A stretch of DNA of 64,000 nucleotides. It comes from Rhizodiscina lignyota. Its lineage: Eukaryota. A program made the position numbers and the translations under genes. The stretch covers positions 1,736,001-1,800,000 of the forward strand of contig ML978125.1 in assembly GCA_010015805.1 (NCBI GenBank), in the 5' to 3' direction. Below the pieces are notes generated by a model. It made no database searches. It saw only the letters and a program-made list of their open reading frames with translations, and was not told the DNA's origin. Below, one piece after another: positions 11,261 to 24,777 of the stretch. How positions within the stretch are numbered: the first letter of the stretch is position 1; the number at the start of each line of letters is the position of its first letter.

Positions 11261-13359
11261 TCAATAAAACCCTCTTCTTACTCTACTCATCATCCTCTCC
11301 TCTCCGACAACGTCGACTCCTCTCCTTCTCTTCGAAGTTGTACCAGTCCTCGTCGCACTACCGCTGTACACACTCGTAATCCTGATACTCGCCGGCTTCT
11401 TCGTACTCCGCGAACTGTAGCTGAACACACCACCTCCTTGACTCGTCATAGTCAGAGGAGTGGTACTGGTGCCCAGGAACAACTTCAGGGCCGCACTTGC
11501 ATCAACCACGACGTTCGAATGTGCCGTCACGCTGATGGTGCCACTCTGTGTAGTGGTCCACGAGTAGGCATCGATAGTTACGACGTCGGTCTTCGATCTG
11601 TCGCCAGTGGCTGCAACGGAGGCGCTATTGTTGAAGCTGGAGTCGCTCTTCTGCGAAATGGTGAGCTTGAACTCGCGCTTCACGGTTGGTGTCGCGGTTG
11701 CTTGCGCAGGGGCAGTGAATGAGCATTTTGCCCTGTCAGCACCGACGAGGGTGACCGTAGGGCCAGAGACTTGAGTCCAGCTGTAAGTGAGGTTACCTTC
11801 CGGGATTTCGGATGCATTGTTCGAGCCGCTAAGCGTGACGACACTGCCTGGAATATGGGAGAAGTTGGCGGGGACAACTGCGAGAGGTGTTGTGAGCGGT
11901 GAGGACGTAGTGCCATCACCAGGATCCGTTGGAGGTGATGTACATGTCGATGGCGCAGATGGAGCAGTTGCACCGGGCCACGGCTTGAGTTGGCCAAACT
12001 GATGTTCGTCCTGCACGATTCCGTTGACGACATTGGTCATGCCGGTGAAGTCCAATGCTGGCGGATTCAGCCCAGGAGTGGTAAGTTCGGGGAAGATCCA
12101 CTCTGTGACAGGCTGGACATATTGGCCAGCTAAGATCCCGTTCTTAGTCGCCTTCGTGCCAGTTGAGGCTTTGATACGGTATTCACGCGTGTACTTGGAG
12201 AGCGTCGTAGAGTCCGCGCGCCAAGTGAATTTGTTACGCGCGTCGCCGGCTTTGATTGTAGCGCTACCGACAATACGGTCGGTCTCCTCACCAGTGCAAT
12301 GATCGACGTCGATTGCTGAGGCAGTAACTGACGCCGAGGAGTCGGAGAGATATCCGATGAACTGTACATGTGTGTCAGTGTATCGATTATATATGAGATT
12401 AAATAGCTGCATACCCTAGTATCGCCGAATTCAGAATTTGGGTCACCATCATACACACCGATGAGGGCATCTTCAATGCGAATGTAAACGGGAGAAGAAG
12501 ACCGTATTTGCACGTTCGCCGCGACAATTGCGTAACAGACGACTTCTCCGCCGATCATGATACCCGAAAATTCGAGATAATCGCCAACAATGAATGGCGC
12601 CATAACCAATGGATCGGGGGCATTACTACGTTAGAATTAGTCATTGTCTGCAAATAACAGCAAAAGGCTCTGCCGGAGACATACAAGGTCCTCTGTCCGC
12701 TTGGACGATTGGATAATGGGCACAGCTCGTCGGAAGCAGAACGGGGTATACACATGGGAAACCCAGAAAATGCCGTAATGCTTGGATTCTCGTCATCTGC
12801 AGTGAAGGCAGGCTTCTCTGTATAGGCCTTGCCGTAGACGCCGTTGGGGTCATTGATCCTGAGTGTCGGACCACCCTTGATATGGATTTTGCCATTGGCG
12901 CCATCGATACTGTCGATGTAGCCAGTTCCGCCTTGCAAGAGGAGTTGGGACATGCTGACTATGCCCGCAATAGCCTTGCCGCTGACCTGCTTGAAGCGTT
13001 AATAAGATTCTAAAAGTAGGCTATGGTGTGCTGCTCACAATATTGCCAAAGACATCCACTTCATTTCCAGTGAATCCGCCAGAGCAGATTTCCTTGAAGG
13101 GAATCCATGCTGCCGGTAGCTGGAAGATCAAGTTTTCTGGAATTGTAATGGAGTAGCCGTTGACTGTGATAGCACCGCCGGTGTTGAATTCAGAGCTGGA
13201 GCATGTCGCACTATCTTCAGGTCAGTCCATACATGAGATTGCCTCGCATTGGTCAGCCTGCCTCTCGAGTGTTCCTGTGGTAAGAAGTGGTGCCGGCTCT
13301 TGTGCCACGACAGAAACACCAAGGAGAGCGGAATAGGCTAAAGAATGTAAAAACTTCAT
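11261..13359 (-). CDS. Secreted multi-domain protein of unknown function with a C-terminal PKD/Ig-like beta domain, multi-exon
   Basis: Signal peptide MKFLHSLAYSALLGVSVVA. Spliced exons give RINDPNGVYG, FTADDENPSITAFSGFPMCIPR, APFIVGDYL, NGILAGQYVQPVTEWIFPE and the PKD-like LTYSWTQVSGPTVTL. Confidence 0.8.
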
Positions 13360-14697
13360 GCTTAAATAAATAGTATCCAGGAGCTACGCATGGTCTCACA
13401 GCACAAACCTTGCGGATTCAATGCGAACTTTATACACCTTGTGTGGTGCACAGGCGTCATCTAGACTCCGTGCAACATGTTAGACAAGACGTCGAAACTT
13501 TGGGTACGAGAGATTAAGCGCTTGAATATGCACAGAGCAGAATCTAAGATCTTCCACCAAGCCTTACAGGAGCTTCGGAAAGAACTAGAACGGTATCAAG
13601 CGAAGGATGATTCCCAATAAAGACAGCCAATACCATAAATGGGGTAACTGCACGCTAATCACGCGATTTTGACCCGAGCATGGACCATATTTCGCGGGAC
13701 GAAGCGCGATAGCTTCCGCTTTCAGTCAGATGATGGCGGCAGGAAGCGTTGCGTTCTCACAGGCCAGTACAGAGTAGTTTTGAGCAATCGGTAGAACTAG
13801 AGGAAATCCTCTCCCGCCCAAATGCGAAACAGGTATCTCATCCGCACATCTGATAGAAAAAAAGATGCAGAATACGATAACAGAAGATTCAGGGAAAGCA
13901 CTCAGTATGTTGACTTCCACGATAAACTGAAGCTCTTGTTCTCTTGTGAGTTTCGGATACACGTTAGGGGAGATCCAGACGCTGGCCAATGACTAGAGAG
14001 GGTTCCCGTCGGAGTATGGAAAGATATCCATACATAAGAGCTGAATACGTCGTTTGCTGGCGAGAAGTGCTTGCGTTGGCTTGAAGCTGATGCTACTCAA
14101 TGGAAGAAGAATGTCACTGGACGTTTCCCAAAGGCCGGATTGGCTCCGCTCGGCGGAGAGCCAAGCGAAGGGCCAAGCGGGAAGCCAAGCGGTCCGCCCC
14201 ATGTCAGATCTCAATACCCCATTTTTAGCATCAGAGGAGGCGCTAGAACAGGGGCCAGAACCTCCACAAGACTCTGCAAGTCTCCGCCCACATACACCAT
14301 GGCTACCCAGCCATTCGTTGTTCTCTGTCAATTTTGTGTCCCTCATATTCCTATGTGTCAGATTCAATATTGCGAACCGGCCCTCAGAGATCCGTTTATT
14401 TTACAGCGGACTACAGCCGAAACCCCTCTTCGAGCTTTTGAAAGCGAATGCTTCGGAGATTTCCACTAATCATAGAGTACAAATCGTAGCAGCTCGCCTT
14501 TTTAGTGAGCGATTTGGACTAAGCGAGACAACTTCATAGACTCTACATTAAGTCTTGGGAGCTGCGCCAGAGCTCCTTCCAAGTTCCGCTATTTCTTCGC
14601 GCTTCATTCCTCTTCTCTCTCCTACCCTCCAATTTGAGTGGCCGGATACCCGGTTCAGCTCCTCTCTTTGTTGTTTCTCATGTAATCGATTTTGTCA

Positions 14698-16163
14698 CTA
14701 CGGCTCGGGCCCAATCCAGATAGGTCCAGTTCGTGGCGGTAGATGAGGCTTGGCTGGCGTTTGGCTTCCATCCAAATCGAACGGCGAGAGCAATGAAACG
14801 CGCTCTTTTGACTTTGAGCTCACAGGGACACCTCTCTGTCTGTCAGGATTCGCTGTCCGACCACATCTCCAGCATTTCTCTAATATGGGTGTATCAAATG
14901 GCATTTCGCTCTGTGGCAGTTCGCTTTCCGAGTCCGCATCGTAAGCATTGTCATCCGCACGATCGACTTCAGACATCTGAAGCTTCTGAGACGCCCTTGA
15001 AAACAGGCCCTGGTTCAGCGCATCGCGGACTAGAGTCTTCCTGCTACCGGATGCTACCCGTGGTCTTTTCCGAACAACCAGAGGCCCTAACTCTCCAGGT
15101 GATGTACTTGACCCAGACGATCTGGTCTTTTGTCCTTCTTCGGATGGCTGCGTAGCTCCAACTATGGGCGCACCTGCAAGTTGCAAGCTGGCCTGCTCAA
15201 TACCACCAAATTCTGGGTATCTAGATGGTTTGCCATCATTTCGTGATCGAACACTTGCTGCTGCCGCGGATGACGAGCCCTTGTATCTCCCAAAGGATGG
15301 GCTGTCGATGTCTGCCCAAGACCTGCTTCTTCCAGGTCGACCATGTTTGGCAATTTTGGAATGAAAGTTTGTATCCATTTTAGCGAGCGTCTTGTCACCT
15401 CTTCCGCAGCTCGACCCTCGGAAGTTCCACTTGTGTATAGCTCTTTGGCGACTCTATGCCCGAATCGTATTTTCACCTTTTTCATCATCGAGAAGAGTAC
15501 AAGGCGTTCGAGCTCCAGTTTTGTTTGTTCCCACGGCACAGAGTGGATCTCATCGCAGGTCTGGGCCCACCATTTTCGATGCGGCGTATTGCTTTCCGTC
15601 GCTCTTGGTTCAGGCTGGCGCTCAGAGCTCGAACTACTCTGGCGGGTCGGAACATCGCCTTCAAGGTCTATCTGGAACAGCTCGGCCCCTTCATTTCCTA
15701 CCCAGTCATCTTGATCGCTGTCATCGGCGCTGGAATCGGATTCAGCCTGTTCATCCCAGATATGCCGAGCTCCCACACCCATCTTAGTGTATAGAGTATT
15801 CTCTGCCCTCCCCCAAATTCCTTTTCCGATTGGAGTCGGCATCCGCAGCCTGATGTTATCTCCGGCTTGCGTATGTTTGACCCGTCTGGCTTGATATCCA
15901 GTGTTCGGGAGCTTTATGGGCCTCGATTTGGGATAGGAATCTCGTCGTCGTACATTCAGTTGTTCTTGCCAACTGCGATACACAGTAGTGGCAGGTGAAG
16001 CATCCTCCGACAATGGAGAAGGCGAATTGTGCAGCTGCAGTGTACACGTTGTCGTAGCTCTTGCGATCTCTTCTCCTAGCAGATGATGTATTCTCCTCTG
16101 CTGTGGGCCGACAGCATTTGGATATGCGAGGTCACGAACTGGCACCCTTTCACGTTCCAGCAT
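14698..16163 (-). CDS. Hypothetical, largely disordered protein (exon structure uncertain; may extend to ~16830)
   Basis: Overlapping minus-strand ORFs of 333 aa and 226 aa, plus ORFs at 16207-16605; no recognisable domain. Confidence 0.35.
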
Positions 16164-18851
16164 GCGCGGTCTTTCTCTGGGTGTGAGAGACTCCCTGTTT
16201 AGAAGGTTAGCTTGTTTCTATTACTCCACCACCGGACACAACCTGCCTTTCAGATTCGCAAAGACCCTTGTCAATTGCCTTGGGTGGCTCCTTAAACCGG
16301 TGTATGGTATCTCTCCTCCCTATTTGGGGAGGGGGAAGCTCGATTACGTCCCTATCGGATGCCCGTGATATAACAATTATCCTCCTCACGGCTTTCACGA
16401 AGGCGGCTTTGGCCTTTGACAGGACGTGGTTCACAACTTTGGTCAACTGCCTGTAAATCCACAGTCGGAGGCTTCGATGGCTCTCGTCCAAATCGCTTGC
16501 GATGTCATTTCTCCTGTCTTTGAGCCCTTGCTGGTTCCAATAATCCGCCCATCCGGTTCTTGCCTTTCTGGTAGTCCTTTCCAGAGGGGGATTGTCTTCT
16601 TCCAAGATGTCTCCATCCTTGGTAGCAGTGGAGCTACAAGTTCAGGCCATCAGTAAGAGCAGACTTATTTATCCAACATAGCAAGCTCAAACCGCTGTGA
16701 GAATTCATGTAGCTCGGCGGCGGTCGTCGGTTTTGAGATCATCTCGAAGATTTTGGCCGAAATTCTTTCCGGAGAACGGTTTCGGAGGGGTTGAAAATAG
16801 GGAGGATTCGCGCAACGAGCCTGCTGTAACGAGCCTGCCATAACATTGTGAGCGGAGCTTCGGTGTGGTGCAAGTGTAGTGCTTACGTCGTTGTCTATCG
16901 AGAAGAAAGTTGCTGAAGGACAGGATCGGGGCACACTGGGAACTCCAATGAAGGGGAAGTGCCCGATGCAATTGTAGTACTTAGCGATAGGATATGATAA
17001 GATATGTAGCGAAGGACACTGAAGTGTAACAATGAGAGAACTGCAGCGGTCATGAATAATAATCACCGTCAGTTGGGGAAAACATAATACCATGCATCGC
17101 CGACAGTGAAAGGAAAGTACGACAGACAGCAAACGGAAGCGAGTTGGACAGAAAGAGAAAGCGCATATCATTGAGCCGGAATCCACTAGGAAACTGGTTA
17201 GATTGGGACTGCAGAATGTGACGAAAGATGGTGCTTGTGCTCCAATATCAATTGATAATAATGGTAGTCCGCGTCGGTTCAGCTAGAGTGCTTCTCTTTC
17301 GCCTTGCGTAGAAAGCAGACCTCGAATCAGGGTATCAAAACCCACTGAATAACAAAGCTTGGTATCCCAGTAGAGACGTTGTGCGATTTCCTGTTGATTC
17401 ATTGCTGGGTTCTCACTTTGGCATGGTCATACTGGGAGATTCAAGTGTCAATGTCAACATGTTGCTCTTCTTCTCTTGAGGAGACTGGTTCCACCAGTCA
17501 TCGCAGGAGGCCGCAAGGCGCTTCAGATCTGAGCAAACTGCTACCAGAAAAACAATATGCTTAGAAATGTTGCTTTCCGATGCTTGCGATCGGCTCGCAT
17601 TGAAAGGAATTAGGAATGGAGATGCACGCTTTGCAACTGACTCGCTCCGCCTGCCAACCTGGCTGGTGCTGTCAATATAGCCGCTTATCGTGTCTTCAAG
17701 CCCATGCTAAATTAATGATCGGGCTGATTGTACGGGCTGCATAGAGAGTGTATTTGACAGAACTCCGAAGGTAGCAGATGGGAGCTCGAGGGTTGGGATA
17801 CTCGCCGGCGCGCCCCGCTCGATGTTCGCAGAGTTGGTCAAAATTTGGTCATAAGTTTTTCAGTGGTAGAAGCAGCAGACAGGAGATCTCAAATTGAACG
17901 GCAGATTTCCGATATATGGAGTTTAAAATTGCAGCGTTTGAGAGTCTGGAGACGGCAGCAAAATCAAGCATTATCCGTGCAACTATAGCGCCGACACTAT
18001 AATAAAGTCCCCTTGCCAAGTCGAAACATCATCTGTATTTCGAGAACCTTAACCTTCGTTTACTCACCGGAGTACATGCCGCACATTACTGGTCTGTCCC
18101 TTTCTTTGAGAGCGTCACAAATCGATGAAGTATTGCAATTCGTTTGCTTGGTGATCTCTATCCGCTCTTCAAAGCGTCATACTTCAAACCACACTTCAAA
18201 GACCTTGAGGATATGTACCTTCATGTCTTCGAGTTTGTGGAAAAAGGTTCTCCCAGAGGGTCTGCTCCATCCCAATCAAGTGCAAGATCACCGCAACATG
18301 TATCTGGGGGAGTGCGGAGAGATGCAAGACTGTCCATCTATACCCCAGAAGTTCCTGCATCTGGCACACCTGCCATGTAGTTCCCAGGCCTGCCCCATGT
18401 CTCGAGCTGGGCATGTTGCCGATGGGCGCGGAATTCAATCCCGCGTGTTGAACAACGGCTTCTTGGGATCTCAGGTCCAGATAAGCCATAAGCTCTTTCA
18501 TGTTTTATGAATTTGATATCAGACGACATCGAGGGCACAGGAAGAAAACAGGCGGAATACGTGCAGCTCGCGAGAGTGATATTAGGCCTAGCTGGGTGCT
18601 TCATGGCTTGAATATCTAGTCATGTATCCTTGCGCTCCACGCGTATACCATGCGGGATTGAGTCCCGCTGAAATATCATGTAGGCTACTTGGCTGTTTAT
18701 CATTGATACTAACTCCCCGTGGGGCGACATAGGCTTCCAAGTCCCAAGTCCTCGGAACTACTTAACGATGTAACCATCCCCATGGGGAAAATATCTCTTA
18801 GCATGCATCAACTTACACCAAAGACAACATCTTGTATAACGTCCATCTGAG

Positions 18852-20581
18852 ATGTTTCTCGAAAAGCTTGAGGGGGTTAAGCTCACTGTTGCCATTACAT
18901 TTGCGTGTGGCACAGGCTTCCTCCTCTTTGGGTACGATCAGGTACGGAATATCTCTGCGATAATCCTGAAACACACTCAAGCTGACTGCGATCAATCAGG
19001 GTGTCTTTGGTGGTATTCTTACAAATGCTGCGTTCCTCGGGACCTTCAAGAATCCAAATGCAACTATCCAAGGCCAAATTGTCTCGACTTACGACATTGG
19101 ATGCATTCTCGGTGCAATATTGAGCATCTTCGTCGGCGACAAGTATGGACGTCGACGATGTATCATGCTCGGATGCAGCATTTTGATCGTGGGCGGCGCT
19201 CTCCAATCTGCAAGTTCCTGGCTTGGGATGATTATACCTGCCCGCATAATCGCTGGTCTCGGCAACGGGCTCAATACTGCTCAAATACCAATCTGGCAGG
19301 CCGAAACATCAAAGGCCCATCAACGAGGAATGCTCATCTGTATCCAACTTGCGCTTGTCATCAGCGGTATCGTCATCACAGAGTGGATGAACTTTGGCTT
19401 CACCTACACAACGGGTCCAGTTACTTGGCGATTCCCTTTGGCCTTCCAGTGCTTCTTCGCGCTCCTCACCATATTCCTTGTAAAGTTCCTTCCGGAATCG
19501 CCACGTTGGATGGCACTAAAGGATCGAGTTCCTGAGGCTCAAGCAATCATCGCACGACTCGAAGGCAAACCCGCAGATCATCCTGATGTCCTGGCCGAAA
19601 TCGATTCCATCGTAACGACGGTGCAGCGTGAGGCTGGCATGCGGCGTGCCGGTTTCCGGGAGTTCTTTGCAGGAGGCAAGCAGCAAACCTTCCGTCGTCT
19701 ATGTCTCGGCGCTGGAGCTTCCATATTCCAACAAATGGGAGGTATCAATGTCGTTGTAGGTTCTCCTGTGGTGCAAACATGAGATCTAAGGCCGTGCTAA
19801 TTTGCTCTATATGATTAGGTGTATTACCTTCCAATTGTGCTTACGCAGTCTTTCGGATTCAGTAACCGGCTCTCCTTGATTTTGTCTGCTGTCGATTCGA
19901 TGTCCTTAGTCTTTTGGGGTGTTGTGGCAGGGTTCTTGGTGGAACGCGTCGGACGAAAGAAGCTGATGCTCCAGGCGGCGATCATGGACTCGATTTGCTT
20001 TGCCTGCGCTGCTGCTGGTCTAGGTGTGGGGAACAAGGCTGGCAATACTGCTGCCGTGGTTTTCATCTTCCTCTACTATGTCTTCTATGGCATGGGCCTC
20101 ATGGTACGTCCCAACCGAATACCGAGCATACTGTGTTTGCCAAACTGATAATGCGTCATAGGCCATTCCATTCATGTATCCCTCAGAGATCAACTCGCAG
20201 CATATGAGGAACGTTGGCTCAGCAGTTGCAATGGTCACCAACTGGCTCTTCGTCTACGTCGTGGTCCTGGTGACGCCTACCGGCATCAAGAATCTTGGAT
20301 GGCGCTTCTATATCATCTTTGCCGTTATGAACGCTGCCTGGATACCGTTCATCATCTACTTTTACGTTGAGACGAAGGGCCTCTCCCTCGAAGAAGTGGA
20401 TCGGGTATTTGAGCTGAAATACGGTAGGGAAGACGGAAGGAAGATCTCTTACGACGAGGCGATTGAACAAGTCAAGTTCGAGAGGACACTTCATCGGACA
20501 GAGAAGGACGCGGAACGGGGTCTCGGAAGCTCTGAGAAGCTCGAGGAGGTGCCGGTCACGGTTGAGGAAGCCGAGAATTAG
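18852..20581 (+). CDS. MFS sugar porter (STL1-like family), 4 exons
   Basis: FLLFGYDQ|G, GDKYGRR, PIWQAETS, WRFPLAFQ, LPESPRW, QQMGGINVV, ERVGRK, YPSEI, ETKGLSLEEVD. Confidence 0.93.
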
Positions 20582-21695
20582 ACTCTGGCCCCCGGGCCCT
20601 TGTACATAACAAATAGAGACAAATCATTTGCGAACGCCGTGCTAGCAGCGAGCAAAGATAGAGGCTGATGACGGCATGCATGTAGATCATGGGGATTCCA
20701 CCTGTCGTCCGATGATCCGGATAGTGGCACTGCCCTGGAGGATTTTGCGTACCAGCTTGTCTGCAGCTGAAGCTGGAACGATCCTGGACAAGCGGTAACG
20801 GGATTGGTTGCCAAGCGATCTCGGGATGGCGTAAAACCGCTATATGCCGACCCTGAGGACGCAGAGGGTGAGGGCTGTGGACATCCATATTCGAAGATTC
20901 CCTAAAATTAGGAGACTGAAGAGCGTCTCCAAGACATACGCCTATCATGCGACGACGTCCGCTGCTGAAGCAGGAATAAAGTTTACATACAGATCGCAGA
21001 GATCTAATTTAGGACAGGGGTAAGCACGTGTAGCATCTCATCTGCCCTGCTGATTCGATGAGACAAATTCGATGACGCCCCGGAATTTTTGACCTCAACA
21101 ACACCAACCTCCGTAAGCAGCATTCTCTTCATTTCCACGCCAATTCCGAAGCTACACGGGACTTGCCCGCTAGGCGGAATGATTATACGCAGCGCTCCCA
21201 CGGGCTCGGCGATGTCTGGTGGAGGATCATTCGTATTGCGTCTTTGCGGCCGAGAGAGGGCCTGGATGCCGAGTCCTTGCTGTTGGCTATCCAGCCAATA
21301 GACGCAGCTGCAGGTATTTGATTCTTGACCGCTCTCAGGCTCTGCACACAACACTTTGGCCTTGTGCCGATCAGCCGGCGAATCGAGGGGCGTTGCTCTC
21401 GAACATCACACTCGCATTTCGCAAGCCCTCTTGTCCGCTAGGCCCACGCGGCCCGCCCTTTCTCTCGCGCTTCGTCGACGGTCCCGTCTACCCGTGAGGA
21501 TGGCCGTGCTGAGAGCACGTTGCTGCATTTGACCCTAATCATCCGACAGAGTGGACACCTGTGATGCACTGCTCTTGGAAATAGCTAGGTGTGGAGTGCA
21601 TACCATATTGGATATGGTTCCGTCTGAAAGTCATATATAAGTGCTGAGACACTTCCGCCTAGTCATTGAGGTAGGTTCACATAATATATTTCACT

Positions 21696-23409
21696 ATGGA
21701 TGTTGCAATAAAAACAATCGAGGCGGAAGCCGAAGGGCTTAGAGATATAAACAAAAAAGTAAGCTTTTCATGAAGTCCAAGTTATCTTGTCATCATTGAC
21801 CGCTCCAAACCTCGAGTTCTCGTACTTTATACCTATTTCTCGATTCCTAATATTGACGTTACACTCTATACAGATTCACGAAAATCCAGAGCTTGGCTTT
21901 GAGGAGGTTCAAGCACACGACAATATCGTCGCTTACCTACGCAAACTCGGCTTCAAGGTAAAGCCACATGCTTATGGCGTGGCCACATCGATGGAAGCCG
22001 AGTATGGCTCGGGAGGTCGAGTCGTCACCTTCAATGCCGAATACGATAGCTTACCGGACATTGGCCATGCCTGCGGGCACAATCTCATTGCAACCGCTTC
22101 TGTAGCTGGCTTCATCGGCGCAGCTGCGGCGCTGAAAGCTTCTGGCAAGTCTGGACGAGTCCGTCTGCTTGGCACCCCAGCTGAAGAAGGCGGTGGCGGG
22201 AAGCTCAAGCTCATCGATGCTGGAGCGTTCAAAGACGTCGATGCATGCATGATGGTCCATCCTGCCCCTTTCACTGAGACATGCAAAGGTCTCACTGGTG
22301 CCGCGTACGCGACTTCTGCTGCAAACTGCAAGCTCTACGTTACCTTCCACGGACGGCCTGCGCATGCTGCATTCGCGCCATGGCAAGGATCGAACGCGCT
22401 CGACGCTGCAACGCTGGCCTACTCCGCGGTGTCCATGATGCGCCAACAGATCCGGCCGGAGGACCGCATTCACAGCATCATCAACCACGGTGGTGACCGG
22501 CCGAACGTCGTCCCGCACATGAGCAAGATGAACTACTACTGCAGAGCGCCAACGCTTGCGAGGGCGAAGATGCTGCGGCATAGAGTTGAGGCGTGCTTCC
22601 GCGCCGCGGGACTGGCGACAAACTGCCATGTCGAGATCCAAGAACAAAATACGTACTTCGACCTGCGGCCAAACAGGCCACTTGCAGCTGCATATGCGGA
22701 GGAGATGGAGAAGATTGGCAGCCCGGTGGCGCTCAGCTACGAACCGGATGCGACGATGGCAGGCAGCACGGATCAGGGAAACGTCAGCTACGAATGCCCG
22801 TCTATTCATCCAATGTTCGGAATCGATGCTAGAGAGGGCTGCTATAACCATACCCCAGGTTTCACGGCGGCCGCAGGCACAGAAAAGGCGTTTTGGCAAA
22901 CGATTGAAACGGCCAAGGGCATGGCCGCTGCTGCGTGGAGGATGTTGACAGATGACAAATTCGCAGAGGAGGTGAAGAAGGATTTTGAGGAGGACCAGAA
23001 GACGCTCCGCAAGGAGAATTCCAAAACGTGAGTATATTCGCCTCTATCTTCCGTACAGCTATACTGACTGGTCTTGGCACAGCGATCATGCAATCCACAA
23101 GGAGGAGGACGATGCCGAAGAGGAGACCAACGGCACAAAGAAGCGGTCGGCGGAGGATGAGGTGCATGAGCCTCCCAGCAAGGTATGCATATTCGCACGA
23201 GTAGTAGATTTCTTGCGGCGCATGAAAAAATGCGCCGTCGGTCGATCCGGAAGGGCACTGCCGCTGACTGCATGCATTAGCGAACCCGCGGCGACGCGGA
23301 CGAGATTTCGGCATTGAAGAAGGAGAATGCGGAGCTGAAGGCGGAACTGGCTGAATTGAAAGGCAAGGCTGCAAAGTCGACGCGCAGTAGCACGAGGGGC
23401 CAGAAATAG
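21696..23409 (+). CDS. M20 family amidohydrolase (Acy1L2/PM20D2-like); unspliced form stops at 23031, spliced form at 23409
   Basis: IHENPELG.EE, NAEYDSLP.IGHACGHNLI, GTPAEEGGGGK, G.PAHA..APW.G.NALDA, GSTDQGNVSY, NHT. Exon 1 21696-21758; intron to 21873. Confidence 0.9.
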
Positions 23410-23687
23410 TGTTTGGACCAATTAGCAAGTGCGTGCTGGATAGCGCGGCGTCTGGTGTACGCGGGAAAAAGCTATACAGCATATGCAAGGTGGTGCAGCA
23501 TTTGAGTATTTAGCTTATCATGGACAGTAGGAGTTCGGAGGGCGTTGGTGGGGGAATATCATCATGGATTCCATTCCTTCGGACATGATAGCAGTGATTA
23601 CTTTTCTGTGATCTGGAAGATGCATGTAGCCAGTGAAAAGTTAGGGCAGCGATTTGCTTATGGAAGCAATGGACACCATCTAAGCAA

Positions 23688-24777
23688 CTATGTATATGAA
23701 TATGGCGCAAATTTATACTTCTCGGCAGTCTGTAGCGCACGAAGCATTAGTAATCGGTCCCAGCTTTGAGCTTCTTGCTGACTTGACGATATGTAGCACG
23801 AACCTTTTTGCAGTGGCCAAACAACATATTCGCATTCGTCCTCCGCTGCAGCATGCGAATCATCTGATGACTCCTGATCCAGTCATCGTGGTCTCGCGCC
23901 AACCATCCCTGCGGCACGTTGTCCTCCCAATTCTCCAGCACATGGTACATATCTGTGGTGCAGATCCACGTCCCAGAATCGAGGAGGTTCACCTGCATGA
24001 TAATAAGGCCGGGCGTGTGGCCCTTGGCAAGTCGCAACGTGATGCCTTGCGTGATCTCGAGGTAGTCGCCGGTCATGCACTGCCAGTTCAGGTCGAATTT
24101 CATATAGTGCGGGAGGTACACGGCGTCAGTCCCGGTTGCGACGGTGTAAAAGGCATGCTTGAGTTCGTCCTCGTGTACCCAGATGGGTACGTTTGTACCG
24201 ACCCAGTGCTCCAGCCCGCCCGCGTGGTCGAGGTGCAGGTGGCCCATAATCACCATCTTCACGTCCGAAATGAGGTGGCCTGTCAACTCGATCTGTTTGT
24301 CAAGCTCTTGCTCCGGGTCATAATCAACGCGGGCGAAGATGTCATTGATTGGAGCACCCCACACTTCGGGGTAGTTTTCGCCAGCACCCGTCTCGAAGAG
24401 GATAAGCCCTTCTTTGGGATGGTCAATGAGCATGGTCATGATGATCATCTTACGGCGCCCACGCGGAGGATTAGGATTCGAGAGAGTGGACGTGCCGCCC
24501 TGGATATCTGGTTAGCTGGAACATGTTGTTTGGTGCGTCAAGAGATAGGTACACCGCGTGTGAACCATCCTTCATCTGCCTCGAGAGTACCAACGTTGAG
24601 GATCTGGAATGTATCAATGGAGTTCCCGTCTGATTGAACCTAAGGGAGAGCGTCTACCCAGAATCTGGTCCCCTGAGGAAAGAATCAGCAACAAATCGTC
24701 AATCTCAGCGTCCTCTTTGCGGTTCGCTTTACCTTGGGGCACTTCGAAAGAGCATCCAAAGACGTAACTTCAGCCAT
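23688..24777 (-). CDS. Metallo-beta-lactamase-fold lactonase/gamma-lactamase (AHL-lactonase family; resembles Fusarium FDB1/MBL1), multi-exon
   Basis: Zinc-binding HLHLDHAGG, GHTPG, TTDMYH and FGH motifs; EGLILFETGAG..YPEVWGAP; GWLARDH. ATG at 24777; last exon TAEKYKFAPYSYT*. Confidence 0.88.

Noticed and set aside
18013..18604. Short ORFs upstream of the sugar transporter
   Set aside because: Mutually overlapping, with no family signal.
20578..21500. Possible decayed gene on the minus strand with an intron-like GTATGT..CTAAT..TAG
   Set aside because: No recognisable domain or coherent reading frame; needs BLASTX.
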